Shown: piece after piece, positions 9,788 to 20,800 of the stretch
Layout of the letters: every line of letters begins with the position of its first letter
Numbering within the stretch: the first letter of the stretch is position 1
DNA from: Arcobacteraceae bacterium
Lineage (GTDB): Bacteria; Campylobacterota; Campylobacteria; Campylobacterales; Arcobacteraceae
Direction: 5' to 3'
NCBI GenBank assembly: GCA_963662945.1
Contig: OY759974.1
Location: 2,208,001 to 2,272,000, forward strand
Length of the DNA: 64,000 nt
The notes under the pieces: generated by a model
The model's input: the letters and a program-made list of their open reading frames with translations, nothing else
The model's database searches: none
What the model was told of the DNA's origin: nothing
Translations under genes and position numbers: made by a program

Positions 9788-10520
9788 TTTTACAAAGATG
9801 ACGCTAAAACATGACCAATATGATGGTATTACAATTGATAATACAACAATACCTGATAGTGTGTTAGAATTTGAAAAAGAGTTGTTTTTAATTATAGAAA
9901 AAATTAACAATAAAAAACTTTTATGGATAAAACTCTCTATCGAACAATCTAAATTTATCCCAATGCTTACAAAACATGATTTTGTTTTCCATCATTGTAA
10001 TGAAAGAGATATAACTCTTGTAAAAAAACTTATTGAAAAGCCTGTTATACCAACTGCTACAAATCATACTTTAGGGGTAGGGGCTGTAGTATTTGATGGA
10101 GATCAACTTCTTGTTATCAAAGATAGAATTTGGCAAAAATACAAATTACCAGGAGGACATATAGATGATAGAGAAAATATCTCTTGTGCTTTAAAAAGAG
10201 AAGTGTATGAAGAAACTGGTATTGAAGTTGAGTTTGAATCTATCATAAGTCTTGGACATTTTTCTCCAGCTCAATTTGGGGAATCAAATCTCTATGTCGT
10301 TTGTCGCGCAAATCCTTTAAGTAAAGAGATTAATATTTTAGATAGTGAAGAGATTATGGATGCTAAGTGGATAGATATCCAAGAGTATCTTGCATGTGAA
10401 GATGTTCATAGTTACAATAAAGCAATAGTGAAAAATGCATTAGAAAATAGTGGTTTTAAGATTGATACTCGTACTGATTTGATTACAAGAGAAAATGTAA
10501 GTTATGAGATATTTTTTTAA
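9771..10520 (+). CDS. NUDIX hydrolase (NUDT6-like, with N-terminal domain)
   Basis: Nudix box GGHIDDRENISCALKREVYEETGI; F.FHH and HTLGVGAVV motifs. Confidence 0.9.
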   Translation: MIESFDFTKMTLKHDQYDGITIDNTTIPDSVLEFEKELFLIIEKINNKKLLWIKLSIEQSKFIPMLTKHDFVFHHCNERDITLVKKLIEKPVIPTATNHTLGVGAVVFDGDQLLVIKDRIWQKYKLPGGHIDDRENISCALKREVYEETGIEVEFESIISLGHFSPAQFGESNLYVVCRANPLSKEINILDSEEIMDAKWIDIQEYLACEDVHSYNKAIVKNALENSGFKIDTRTDLITRENVSYEIFF

Positions 10521-10529
10521 GGGATAGAG

Positions 10530-11543
10530 ATGTATGAAGAATATTTAGAAGAGAGTGAGATTATAAACTTTTCCAATCCCAAGATACAAGCTTTAGCAAA
10601 AACTTTAGCACAAGATTGTAAAGATGATGAAGCTATAGCAAAAAACTGTTTTTTGTATGTAAGAGATGAGATACATCATAGTGGAGATTTTAAAGATAAA
10701 ATTACTACACTAAAAGCTAGTGAGGTACTAGAATATAAAACAGGATGGTGCTATGCAAAGTCTCACCTGCTTGCAGCACTTCTAAGAATAAATCATATCC
10801 CCACAGGATTTTGTTATCAAAGATTGAGTTGTGGGGAATATAAAGATGAGGTATATTGTTTACATGGCTTAAATGCCATATTTCTTAAAAAATATGGTTG
10901 GTATAGAATTGATGCTAGAGGAAATAAAGCGGGTGTAGATGCACAGTTTAATCCTACTTTTGAAAACTTAGCTTTTGAATTACAAGACAAAGAATTTGAT
11001 ATTGCAAATATATATTCAAAACCACTAGATGTTGTTGTTAATGCTTTAGAATCTTATGGAACTTATGATGAGATGATTAGACATTTTCCTATAGTAGATG
11101 AGTTTATTTGTAAAGTTACCCTAAAAGATGCACAACAACTTTCCTCTTTGAGTAATAGTTTGTTAAAGTATCTTTTTGAAGAAGAGACTCCAAAGTGGTT
11201 TGAAGATTCTTTTAATGTTGAAGAGTTTGAAAAAAGAATTTTAAGCTCCGAGTACAAACATTTTGGCTATGTGATTGAAAACAAAATAGTTGGATTTATC
11301 GCTATAAAAGAGGATAGTCATCTTTTTCATCTTTTTGTAGATGAAAAATATCATCAACAAAATATTGGAAAAAAACTATGGGAGTTTGTTAAAGAGAATA
11401 TTGATTTTGAAGTTATGAGTACAAATGCTTCTTTATATGCCATAAATGTTTATGAATCATTTGGATTTACAAAAGATAAAGAGATACAAACTTATAAAGA
11501 GTTAGAGTTTTTACCTATGATTTATAAAAGAGAGAAATTATGA
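10530..11543 (+). CDS. Transglutaminase-like domain fused to a GNAT domain
   Basis: Cys-His-Asp triad (GWCYAKSHL, LHGLN, RIDARG), then GNAT motifs (LFVDEKYHQQNIGKKL, YESFGF). Confidence 0.8.
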   Translation: MYEEYLEESEIINFSNPKIQALAKTLAQDCKDDEAIAKNCFLYVRDEIHHSGDFKDKITTLKASEVLEYKTGWCYAKSHLLAALLRINHIPTGFCYQRLSCGEYKDEVYCLHGLNAIFLKKYGWYRIDARGNKAGVDAQFNPTFENLAFELQDKEFDIANIYSKPLDVVVNALESYGTYDEMIRHFPIVDEFICKVTLKDAQQLSSLSNSLLKYLFEEETPKWFEDSFNVEEFEKRILSSEYKHFGYVIENKIVGFIAIKEDSHLFHLFVDEKYHQQNIGKKLWEFVKENIDFEVMSTNASLYAINVYESFGFTKDKEIQTYKELEFLPMIYKREKL

Positions 11544-11956
11544 TCTTTTTTACAATAATAACAATAATACTTCTTGTCATTATGGGATTGTTTCATTTTT
11601 ATTGGGTTGCTGGTGGCAAAATAGGTTTGGATAAAGTTATCCCAACCAAGGAAGATGGAGAAAAGTTTTTTAATCCTAGTAATCTTGCTACAACTATAGT
11701 AGGTGTTGTATTATTGGGATTTCCATATTTGGCTTATTGTTTAGGTTTTGAGATATTAGAAGAGAATAGTATCTGTATCTATTTAGGTAAAGCAGTTTCT
11801 ATATTATTTTTACTTCGTGTTCTTGGAGAGTTTAAAATGGTAGGAATTTTTAAGAAGATAAAAACTACATCATTTGCTCAATATGATACTTTCTTTTTTA
11901 TCCCATTATGTTTATATTTGGGACTATATTTTGGAAAAGAATCTTTATTATTTTAA
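11540..11956 (+). CDS. DUF3995-like membrane protein
   Basis: HFYW..GG, RVLGEF...G.FK, F..YDT....PLCL motifs. Confidence 0.7.
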   Translation: MIFFTIITIILLVIMGLFHFYWVAGGKIGLDKVIPTKEDGEKFFNPSNLATTIVGVVLLGFPYLAYCLGFEILEENSICIYLGKAVSILFLLRVLGEFKMVGIFKKIKTTSFAQYDTFFFIPLCLYLGLYFGKESLLF

Positions 11957-11979
11957 TAATTGTATAACAAGGAGTGCGA

Positions 11980-12819
11980 ATGAATTATATAATTACAAAT
12001 GAAAATATAAAAATGCCTACTATAATCTATGGTACTGCTTGGAAAAAAGAGTATACAGCAGAATTAGTTGAGATGGCACTTTTAAGTGGCTTTAGAGGTA
12101 TTGATACAGCAGGTCAACCAAAACATTATCAAGAAAATCTTGTGGGGGAGGGGCTTTTAAACGCTTATGAAAAAGGAATCAAAAGAGATGAACTCTATAT
12201 TCAAACAAAATTTACCCCAATAGATGGGCAAGATCAAAGTAATATGCCATATTTAAAAGAAGATTCTCTTGATATTCAGATAATTAAATCCTTTGAAAAT
12301 TCTAAAAAAAATTTACATACAAATTTTATAGATTCTTATGTTCTTCATTCACCAATTTTTCCTGCTACTAAACTGAACATTGCTTGGAATACTATGGAAA
12401 GTTTTTATGACAAAAAAGAGGTGGGACAACTTGGTATTAGTAACTGTTATGATTTAGATGTTTTACAATATATTTATAAAAATAGTAGAATTAAACCAGC
12501 TGTTGTACAAAACCGTTTTTATGCACAAACTTCTTATGATAAAGAGTTAAGAGAATGGTGTAAAGAAAAAGGCATTATTTATCAAAGTTTTTGGTCACTT
12601 ACAGCAAATCCACAGCTTTTAGAAAGTGATATTATTAGCAATTTAGCTCAAAAATATTCAAAAACAAACTCACAGATATTTTATAGATTTTTAAATCATA
12701 TTGAGATTGTACCACTTATTGGTACAACGTCACAAACGCATATGTTAGAAGATATTGCTATTTTTGAGTTTGAACTAGAAAAAAGTGAGATTGAAAAAAT
12801 ATTAACTTTACTAGGATAG
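11980..12819 (+). CDS. Aldo/keto reductase
   Basis: GFRGIDTA...Y, IQTKF, DSYVLHS, LGISN, VVQN motifs. Confidence 0.92.
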   Translation: MNYIITNENIKMPTIIYGTAWKKEYTAELVEMALLSGFRGIDTAGQPKHYQENLVGEGLLNAYEKGIKRDELYIQTKFTPIDGQDQSNMPYLKEDSLDIQIIKSFENSKKNLHTNFIDSYVLHSPIFPATKLNIAWNTMESFYDKKEVGQLGISNCYDLDVLQYIYKNSRIKPAVVQNRFYAQTSYDKELREWCKEKGIIYQSFWSLTANPQLLESDIISNLAQKYSKTNSQIFYRFLNHIEIVPLIGTTSQTHMLEDIAIFEFELEKSEIEKILTLLG

Positions 12820-14664
12820 TTAGTATAAACTATCCATATCAATTGTAGCATTTGCACTTTTGATACTATGAAGAAGGCTTATAAGTTTTGATGGGTTGGA
12901 TGAGCGAAGTAGTAGTTCATATCTATATTTATTTGCTACTTTAAATATACTACTTTCACCAAATCCTATAAGTTCTACATCTTTTTGTGTTGCAAAGAGT
13001 TGTACATATTTATCTAAATCTTGTTTTGCCAATAGATGATTTGTATGACTAAAAACAACACGGGAGAGTTTGAGATATGGTGGATACAGATCAACTCTTT
13101 GTTTAAGCTCATCTCTTAAAAAATCTTCATAATCACTTATTTGAAGATAGTTATTGAAAAATTCTTCATTTTTTGTTTGTATTAAAACTTCTCCAAAACC
13201 TTTTCTTCCACTACGACCTGCAATTTGTATTAAAAGAGACAAAGCTTTTTCTCTCACTTTATAACTAGTCATATTTAAAACTGAATCAATTCCAAGTACA
13301 ACGGCTAGTTTTACATTGTGATAGTCGTGACCTTTTGAAAGCATTTGAGTACCTACAAGTATATCTATTTTGTTTTCATTGAAATCTTTAATTACCCTTT
13401 TGAGTTCTTTGTTTGTTTTGATACTATCTCTATCAAATTTTTGGATTACTTTATCTTTAAAAATATCTTGTAACTCTTCAACAACTTGTGCAGTTCCAAG
13501 TCGGAAACTTTCAATAGTTCCTGTTTTACAATGAGGACAAAATTTGTCAATTGGTTGTGTGTAGTTACAATAATGACATTGTAAAGCATTGTTGTTTTTA
13601 TGAAGACTTAGACTTACTGAACAAAATGGACACTCTATAGATTTTCCACAATCCTTACAGATTTGGTATTTGAAATTTGCACGAGTAGGAAGAAACACTA
13701 TCACTTGATTTTTATTTTCTATTGTTTGTGAAATTTTTTCTATTATTGAAGATGAGAGTTCTAAATTCGAATTTACAAATGATATTTGTTTCTCTGACTC
13801 AAAAAAGGTTTTTTTGAGTCTAAAGTAGGGGATTTTATGAAAGCTACCTAGACTAGGTGTTGCACTTCCCAATATTACTTGAATATTGAATTTTTTCCCC
13901 ATATATATTGACAAATCCTTAATATTTACTCTTGGTTTTTGATCTGATTTATAAGAATCATCATGTTCTTCATCTACGATAATAAGTCCTAAATTATCAT
14001 AGGGTAAAAAAAGTGCAGACCTTGCACCTGCAACGATTTTAACTTTTCCACTAAGCAAGTTCTCTATAATAGTTTGTTTTGTTTTCTTTTGTATTTTAGA
14101 GTGCCAAATAGCAATACTTTCTTTAAATACTTTTTTTAGTCTTTGTTCCATTTGAGGACTGAGTGATATCTCTGGAAGTAAAAGTAAGGCTTGTTTGTTT
14201 TGTGATAAGATATTTTCTATAGCTTTGATATAAATTTCTGTTTTCCCACTTCCTGTATTTGCAAATAGTAAACTTGTAGAGTTTTCTTGTATAAAATTAT
14301 AAGCTTTTTGTTGTTCTTTTGAGAGTTCAATATTACACTCTATTTGTGGTTTTTCATCAGTTTTTTCTATAGTAAAAAAAGGTGTGTAAACACTTAAAGC
14401 TTCGCCCAAACTACATACATAGTATTTTGAGACAAATGAAGCTGTTTGTAACATCATCTGATCATAATAAAAGTTCAATATATTTGTAATATTTACACAT
14501 TTAAAAGAGGGTTTTTCTACTTCCTTTACAATTACACCTTTTAAAAGTTTTTCACGATTACGAAGTTGTACCTCTACAAGAGTACCTATTTTTATCTCGT
14601 TTTCATATTGAAAAGTAAGTGGTTCTAAAGGAGATTTTAATAGGGCTATTTCATAATAAAACAT
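12820..14664 (-). CDS. priA: Primosomal protein N'
   Basis: TGSGKTE, DEEHD, Cys-rich zinc region and QIAGRSGR; ATG at 14664 (MFYYE) preferred. Confidence 0.95.
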   Translation of the reverse strand: MFYYEIALLKSPLEPLTFQYENEIKIGTLVEVQLRNREKLLKGVIVKEVEKPSFKCVNITNILNFYYDQMMLQTASFVSKYYVCSLGEALSVYTPFFTIEKTDEKPQIECNIELSKEQQKAYNFIQENSTSLLFANTGSGKTEIYIKAIENILSQNKQALLLLPEISLSPQMEQRLKKVFKESIAIWHSKIQKKTKQTIIENLLSGKVKIVAGARSALFLPYDNLGLIIVDEEHDDSYKSDQKPRVNIKDLSIYMGKKFNIQVILGSATPSLGSFHKIPYFRLKKTFFESEKQISFVNSNLELSSSIIEKISQTIENKNQVIVFLPTRANFKYQICKDCGKSIECPFCSVSLSLHKNNNALQCHYCNYTQPIDKFCPHCKTGTIESFRLGTAQVVEELQDIFKDKVIQKFDRDSIKTNKELKRVIKDFNENKIDILVGTQMLSKGHDYHNVKLAVVLGIDSVLNMTSYKVREKALSLLIQIAGRSGRKGFGEVLIQTKNEEFFNNYLQISDYEDFLRDELKQRVDLYPPYLKLSRVVFSHTNHLLAKQDLDKYVQLFATQKDVELIGFGESSIFKVANKYRYELLLRSSNPSKLISLLHSIKSANATIDMDSLY

Positions 14665-15098
14665 TACTGGGTTAACTCTTGACAAAGTAAATTATCAGAA
14701 TCACATTCAAAGCTATAATCATCATTGTCATAGATAAACTCTACACTATTTTGATTATCTAAATACACTTTGTATGTGTCAAAAGATACTTTAGACCAAG
14801 CGCCTATTTTAGGTTCACTTGAAGCTTTGATGGGATTTTGCAATATTGTACAAAAAAGATATTCATCATTGTCATCAAGAGTTACTAAACAATTTGTTTG
14901 TCCCTGCAGTATCATCTTATTTTTATAATTATTGATAGCTTCTCGAATAAGAAGAATGTCACTTTTTATTTTAGTTATATTAGCACTTTGAAGTGTATTA
15001 TTTAATTTAGGAATAGCAACAACTAAAATAATAGAGATAATAGCAATTGTAAAGATTATCTCTATAAGTGAAAAAGACTTCTTATTTCGAGGTGTCAT
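14664..15098 (-). CDS. Prepilin-type N-terminal methylation (type II secretion/competence pseudopilin) protein
   Basis: KKSFSLIEIIFTIAIISII type III signal peptide. Confidence 0.85.
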   Translation of the reverse strand: MTPRNKKSFSLIEIIFTIAIISIILVVAIPKLNNTLQSANITKIKSDILLIREAINNYKNKMILQGQTNCLVTLDDNDEYLFCTILQNPIKASSEPKIGAWSKVSFDTYKVYLDNQNSVEFIYDNDDYSFECDSDNLLCQELTQ

Positions 15099-16978
15099 TT
15101 TATATAATTCTCTTTTTTATCAGTGGTATCAAGTTCTTGACCAATCTCTTTGTATCTATTAAAATAATATTGTACAAAATTATCTATATTTGTATCACTT
15201 GAAGTGAAATATTTACCATTTTTGATTGCATACTCTTTTAAAAATTGTGTTGCATCTTTCTTACTTAAGTAGTGAGATGCAAGTTTTTTATAAGTAGATA
15301 TATACCATTGTTTTAAATTTTCTAAAGTTTTTTCATCAAGATTGATAGCTAGTTTTGAATTTATCTCATCCCACATTAGAGTTTTTGTTTCAAAAAGTCC
15401 AAAGAGATGAATAAGTCCTTCACAATAATATGGTAATACTTCATCAACTTCCATCCAACCTATTAAAGAGATAGCTCTTTTTACAGTGTCACTTATTACA
15501 AACTCTTCAAGCTCTTTTTCATCGGAAAGTTTATCCATAAAGAAACTCACCAAGCCACCTGTTGTAGCTTTAAATTCTTCTATATTTTTAAAGTTTCCTG
15601 TTTTATTCATAACAGATTCTGTTTCTTCATCACACCATAAGATATGACCAAACTCATGACCAATAGTGGTGATATCATATACTTGGTGCCACTTTTTATC
15701 TTCTTGGAATAAAAATTTTCTCTCATTCGTTAAAAATTCTTGTCCTAAAATTTCTTGAGACAATTTTAAAAATGGTTTTGCTCTTTGTCCTTGAAGTATC
15801 TCATCACTGAAAGCAAATATCTTTTTTCCCTCTTTTTGTGATACAACTTCATCATTTGGTACAACTTGTGCTGAAAAAAGTCCATTAAATTCTGCTGCAA
15901 AAAACAAAGCGGGTCGTCCGAGATAAAGTTGCACTTTATCCAAACTTTTGAGTGAAAAATCATAAATGTTTTTTTCATCATTGTTTTGTTGAATATTTTT
16001 AAAAAGTTCACTAAACATTGCTTTGATTTTTTCTACCCTTTGGTTATTATTTTGGATAGATGGATTGACAAGTCTTATATCCCATTCTAATGCAACAGCT
16101 TTTCTAAAATGATCTTCATAATATTCAAGGGGATGACCAATTTGTATTGGTGTTGTTATTTTCATCCACGCAGTATCTACATCTGCCCATTTTGATACTA
16201 ACATTTCAGTTCGTCTTTCACTAAATGCTGTGATGATTGCTTGAAGATATTGGATATATTCCCATTTTTGATTATAAACTTCATCTTCTAGTTCTATTAA
16301 ACTATCGACAAACTCTTCAAGTGCATCAATAACGGCTGTCACTTCTTTCTTAAAAGCTGTAATATAAGCAGCACTTTTATAGGTATCATCCTCTTTTACA
16401 AGCATAGAATAACTTCTATCAGCTATAAGTCCCTCATGTCCTTTGTCAAATAAATTATTTTCTTCAAGATAGTTCATAACTTTTTCATCATCATTATCAA
16501 ACTTTTCAAGTAGTTCTTTATTAACACCATTTATAATAAGTTTAGTCCAAGATGATTGCCAAACTGACATAGCAATACCTACACCATAAACACCTTTAAA
16601 AATTTCTCTATAAAAAGGAGTTAAAAGATTGTTTTTTGTAATAAAGTCAACTCTTTGATGTTGTATATCAAGCCAGTATTCTTTTACAAACTGATATGCT
16701 TGTTCTTGAAGTTCTATAATTTGATTATCATCATAACCAGCTTTTTTTAATACTTGTACTAAACTATCATCCCTTAAATTTACAAGACGAGTAAGTAATG
16801 CTAGCTTTAAATCATCATTAAGTGTAAGATTTAAAGAATTTGCAAATACTTTAATAATCTCTAATTTTTCATCTTCATTATTTTCTAAATATTCATATAG
16901 TTTATTTATATCATCTTTTTGTGTACTAATAAAATCATATAGTTTTTGGATATCTTCTAAAAATTTTTCTTGTGTCAT
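15095..16978 (-). CDS. ciaB: Invasion antigen CiaB family protein
   Basis: QIGHPLEYYEDHFRKAVALEWDIR, GLFSAQVVPNDE, TIGHEFGH (HExxH) and FKNIEEFKATTGG motifs. Confidence 0.92.
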   Translation of the reverse strand: MTQEKFLEDIQKLYDFISTQKDDINKLYEYLENNEDEKLEIIKVFANSLNLTLNDDLKLALLTRLVNLRDDSLVQVLKKAGYDDNQIIELQEQAYQFVKEYWLDIQHQRVDFITKNNLLTPFYREIFKGVYGVGIAMSVWQSSWTKLIINGVNKELLEKFDNDDEKVMNYLEENNLFDKGHEGLIADRSYSMLVKEDDTYKSAAYITAFKKEVTAVIDALEEFVDSLIELEDEVYNQKWEYIQYLQAIITAFSERRTEMLVSKWADVDTAWMKITTPIQIGHPLEYYEDHFRKAVALEWDIRLVNPSIQNNNQRVEKIKAMFSELFKNIQQNNDEKNIYDFSLKSLDKVQLYLGRPALFFAAEFNGLFSAQVVPNDEVVSQKEGKKIFAFSDEILQGQRAKPFLKLSQEILGQEFLTNERKFLFQEDKKWHQVYDITTIGHEFGHILWCDEETESVMNKTGNFKNIEEFKATTGGLVSFFMDKLSDEKELEEFVISDTVKRAISLIGWMEVDEVLPYYCEGLIHLFGLFETKTLMWDEINSKLAINLDEKTLENLKQWYISTYKKLASHYLSKKDATQFLKEYAIKNGKYFTSSDTNIDNFVQYYFNRYKEIGQELDTTDKKENYIK

Positions 16979-17093
16979 CCTATATTACCTTTAAGGTTTG
17001 AATTTTATTTTATCATACCAAAATATATATGAAAAATATATAATTTAAGCTTTATTTTATCATAAATTAGAGATAATTCCGTCTCTAAAATAT

Positions 17094-17169
17094 GGAGTCA
17101 TAGCAAAACGGCTAATGTACGGGATTGCAAATCCTTGAGGTCTCGGTTCGAATCCGAGTGACTCCTCCA
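17094..17169 (+). tRNA. tRNA-Cys (GCA)
   Basis: Acceptor stem GGAGTCA/TGACTCC, U73 discriminator, encoded CCA, anticodon loop TTGCAAA, T-loop TTCGAAT. Confidence 0.93.
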
Positions 17170-17261
17170 TAAAATCAGAATACTTTTATCATTATAAATA
17201 TTATACAATATCAAAATTTATTTCGCTATACTTCTAAAAAATTAATTATTAAAGTAGCCAT

Positions 17262-18878
17262 ATGAACCTTTTATCAAAAAATAGTTCTCTTGAAGAATCA
17301 ATAACAAAAATGAGAGCTGTATTAGCAGATGTAGGTTCTCAAATAACTTTCTCTACAGAAAAACATCCTTTAAAAAACTGTTACTCAGTAAATCTGACTT
17401 ATGATGGTGCGCCACAGCATATTTTTTCAAATGGCAAAGGGATATTATCTCTTGCAAGTACAGCAAGTGCTTTGGGTGAGTTTATTGAGAGATTACAAAC
17501 AAATAATTTCTTTACAGAGTTTTATTTGCCAGAACGAAAATACTATCCAGATGAGAAAGTTTTTGGATTTGATGAAGAATTTATTGACAAAGATTTAAAA
17601 ACTTTTTATGATCCACATAATGAATTAATGCCAGAAGATTTTGTAGATTATAATAGCGATTATATAGATAAAGTTGTATCCCTTCCTTTTGTAAATTTAT
17701 CTCATAATGAAACTGCATATATACCTATTAATATTTTGAATAATCTTTACGTAAGCAATGGTCTTGCAACAGGAAATACTCCAAAAGAAGCCCAAGTTCA
17801 AGCATTAAGTGAAATTTTTGAAAGATATGTAAAAATTCAAATTATTAAAAATGGTTATTCTTTACCCAAGTTTCCAGAGCATATTTTAGCGTCTTATGAA
17901 AAACTTTATAATGATATTCAAGAGTTACGAGACTTAGGTTATATAGTGGAAGTTCTTGACGCGTCACTTGGTGGAGAGTTCCCTGTGACTGCTATATCAT
18001 TAATAAATCCAAAAAATTCAACTTTATTTGTCTCTTTTGGGGCTCATCCTATTTTAGAAGTGTCACTAGAAAGAACTATGACAGAATTAATGCAAGGTAG
18101 AAATACAAATGAAATGGATAGTTTTGAAGTACCTACTTTTGATATGAGTTTAGTAAGTGATAACTTTAATATAGAATCGCATTTTATTGATTCAAACGGG
18201 AAAATTGGATTTAGTTTTTTAAAAGCAAAAAGCGATTTTGAATATAAAAGTTGGGAATACAATGGGAATAATACAGATGATGAATATGAGTTTTTAGTGA
18301 ATATTACAAAAAAACTTGATAAAGAGATTTATATACGAGAATATAATTATCTAGGATTTTATTCATGTCAAATTATAGTTCCTAGTATATCTGAAATATA
18401 CCCGATAGAAGATATGATTTATCATAATACAAACAAAGGAAAATTTGTAAGAGATATGATTTTAAATTTTGAAGATTATGATCCACAAGATGTTCTTGAT
18501 GCTGTTGAAGAGTTGGATAATAATTTAAATATCGAAAAACATATAGGGGTAATTTTTAAAACCAATTTTACATTACTTGAATTGAAAATACAACTATACC
18601 TTATATTGGGTAACTTTCAAGAAGCAATAGGATTACTTGAAATTTCAAATCATCCTATGGGATATATATTGGCACAACTTTGTCGTATCTATGAAGATGA
18701 ATTAGAATGGTCAGAATATGAAGATGCTCTATATAACATCTTTTCAAAAGAAAAAGTTGATAAAGCGGTTAGTATTTTTAATGGGGAAACAAATTTTATT
18801 GACATAAATCTTCATGAAGATTATAACAATATACTAAAATTATATGATAAATTAGAGATAAAAAAATATCAATATTAG
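17262..18878 (+). CDS. ycaO: YcaO-like family protein
   Basis: SNGKG...ASALGEFIERL, SNGLATGN, ALSEIFERY, SLERTMTELMQGR motifs, as in the E. coli-type YcaO. Confidence 0.88.
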   Translation: MNLLSKNSSLEESITKMRAVLADVGSQITFSTEKHPLKNCYSVNLTYDGAPQHIFSNGKGILSLASTASALGEFIERLQTNNFFTEFYLPERKYYPDEKVFGFDEEFIDKDLKTFYDPHNELMPEDFVDYNSDYIDKVVSLPFVNLSHNETAYIPINILNNLYVSNGLATGNTPKEAQVQALSEIFERYVKIQIIKNGYSLPKFPEHILASYEKLYNDIQELRDLGYIVEVLDASLGGEFPVTAISLINPKNSTLFVSFGAHPILEVSLERTMTELMQGRNTNEMDSFEVPTFDMSLVSDNFNIESHFIDSNGKIGFSFLKAKSDFEYKSWEYNGNNTDDEYEFLVNITKKLDKEIYIREYNYLGFYSCQIIVPSISEIYPIEDMIYHNTNKGKFVRDMILNFEDYDPQDVLDAVEELDNNLNIEKHIGVIFKTNFTLLELKIQLYLILGNFQEAIGLLEISNHPMGYILAQLCRIYEDELEWSEYEDALYNIFSKEKVDKAVSIFNGETNFIDINLHEDYNNILKLYDKLEIKKYQY

Positions 18879-18937
18879 CCTAGATTTAATCAAAAATTGT
18901 TGCAATTTTTGCTATTATAAAAAAAATAGGAATTGTT

Positions 18938-20752
18938 ATGAAACAAAGCTACGATAGTTATAAAAATAAGATTTTATTATATATTTTTCTTATAGGAATT
19001 ATGATGCTTTCTATAATGTCATATATATTGTCTTATAATTTTCATTCAAAAATGGATGATAAATTTGTAACGTTATCAAAATCACTTACAACAGTAATAA
19101 GTCAAGAAGAGCTGCGAATAGTACAACTTTACCAATCTAGATTAATTAAAAACTTAAAATCGTACGGTGTTATAGAGGCTATCAGAAAAAAAGATAGAAA
19201 AACTTTATATAAGTTAATAAAACCACGTTATGAAGAACTTATAAAAGAGAATAAGAATTTCGTAGTAATGCATTTTCATACGGCAGATAATAAAACATTA
19301 TTACGGATGCATGATGTAGATTATTATGATGATGATTTATCGAGTTTTAGAGATATTGTTGTTGATACAAATACAAATAAGCATGCTCACTTTGGCTTTG
19401 AAAAAGGAAAACATGGGTATTTTTATAGAATTATAGTACCAATTATTGATAATAATGAACATTTAGGAAGTGTAGAGTTTGGATTAAAACTGGAGTATTT
19501 CACAGATAATATTAAAAGATTATTACCTGATATGAATTTTGGTTTGATGTTTTTAACTGAAAATTTAAAAGATAAGAACTATAAAACTCTTGATAAATAT
19601 TCGTTAATATATGATGAAGATAATTTTTTTAAACCATTATTAGAGAAAATTAATTTGCATAAAAACTATAATATTTTACAAGAAGGAAAACATTATTATA
19701 TTCTAAGCAGTAATATTTATATTAAAGATTATCATGATAATGATGCTATTAATATTTTATTTGCTATAGATATCACTAAATTTAGAAATAGTTTAATAAA
19801 TCAGTACCTTATTTTACTTTTTATTGGTGTTTTGACTTATGCACTTTCATTTATCATTATTAATATGGGATTTAAGAAATATATAAGTTCTTTACAAAAG
19901 CAATCAAAAAAACTTCAAGAATATGCAAAAATAGTTGATGAGTATGTGATAGTTTCTTCTACAGATTTAAAGGGTTATATTACTTATGCAAGTGAGGCTT
20001 TTTGTAAAATAAGTGGATACACCAAAAAGGAATTATTAGGTTCTTCTCACAATGTAGTAAAACATCCAGATATGCCACAATCTGTTTATAAAGAGATGTG
20101 GAATACTCTGATTCGAGAAAAAGTTTGGCATGGGGAATTAAAAAATCAAAAAAAAGATGGAACACATTATTGGGTTGATGCTGTTATATCCCCTGTATAT
20201 AATGTAGAGGGTATTTTAAAAGGGTATACTTCAGTAAGACAAGATATTACAGATAAAAAAAAGATTGAAGAGATTTCCCAAAAAGATAAATTGACACAGA
20301 TTTACAATAGATTAAAGCTTGATGAGATATTGGAATCAGAGATAGATAGAGCTAAGAGATATAATACTGTTTTTTGTGTTATTTTAATGGATATTGATAA
20401 ATTTAAAATAGTAAATGATACTTTTGGACATCAAGCAGGGGATAGTGTATTGATTGAAATTGCTCAAATATTATCTAATTCTTTACGAAAAACAGATACT
20501 CTTGGAAGATGGGGTGGAGAAGAATTTATGATTATTTGTCCAGGTATAACTATTGATGGTGCCGTTATCTTAGCAGAAAATATAAGACAACGAATAGAAA
20601 ACTATGATTTTAAAATAGTTGGAAAACTAACTGGAAGTTTTGGAATAAGCCAGTATGAAAAAGGTGAAAATGAAGAAGTTATTGTAAAAAGATGTGATGA
20701 AGCTTTATATGATTCAAAACATACTGGAAGAAATAAAGTGACATATAAGTAG
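18938..20752 (+). CDS. Cache-PAS-GGDEF diguanylate cyclase
   Basis: TM-Cache-TM, then PAS/PAC, DIDKFK..ND.FGH..GD and RWGGEEF. Confidence 0.93.
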   Translation: MKQSYDSYKNKILLYIFLIGIMMLSIMSYILSYNFHSKMDDKFVTLSKSLTTVISQEELRIVQLYQSRLIKNLKSYGVIEAIRKKDRKTLYKLIKPRYEELIKENKNFVVMHFHTADNKTLLRMHDVDYYDDDLSSFRDIVVDTNTNKHAHFGFEKGKHGYFYRIIVPIIDNNEHLGSVEFGLKLEYFTDNIKRLLPDMNFGLMFLTENLKDKNYKTLDKYSLIYDEDNFFKPLLEKINLHKNYNILQEGKHYYILSSNIYIKDYHDNDAINILFAIDITKFRNSLINQYLILLFIGVLTYALSFIIINMGFKKYISSLQKQSKKLQEYAKIVDEYVIVSSTDLKGYITYASEAFCKISGYTKKELLGSSHNVVKHPDMPQSVYKEMWNTLIREKVWHGELKNQKKDGTHYWVDAVISPVYNVEGILKGYTSVRQDITDKKKIEEISQKDKLTQIYNRLKLDEILESEIDRAKRYNTVFCVILMDIDKFKIVNDTFGHQAGDSVLIEIAQILSNSLRKTDTLGRWGGEEFMIICPGITIDGAVILAENIRQRIENYDFKIVGKLTGSFGISQYEKGENEEVIVKRCDEALYDSKHTGRNKVTYK

Positions 20753-20800
20753 TAAATAGAATTTACTTAGCTATAATAAACAACTAGATACAATCGTAGC

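Noticed and set aside
17094-17169. tRNA-Cys as a pseudo-tRNA or integration site
   Set aside because: The anticodon stem has a mismatch, but the acceptor stem, T-arm, U73 and CCA are intact; no att duplication or integrase was seen.
17262-18878. YcaO as the core of a RiPP cluster
   Set aside because: It resembles the stand-alone E. coli-type YcaO, with no precursor peptide, TfuA, E1-like partner or exporter nearby.
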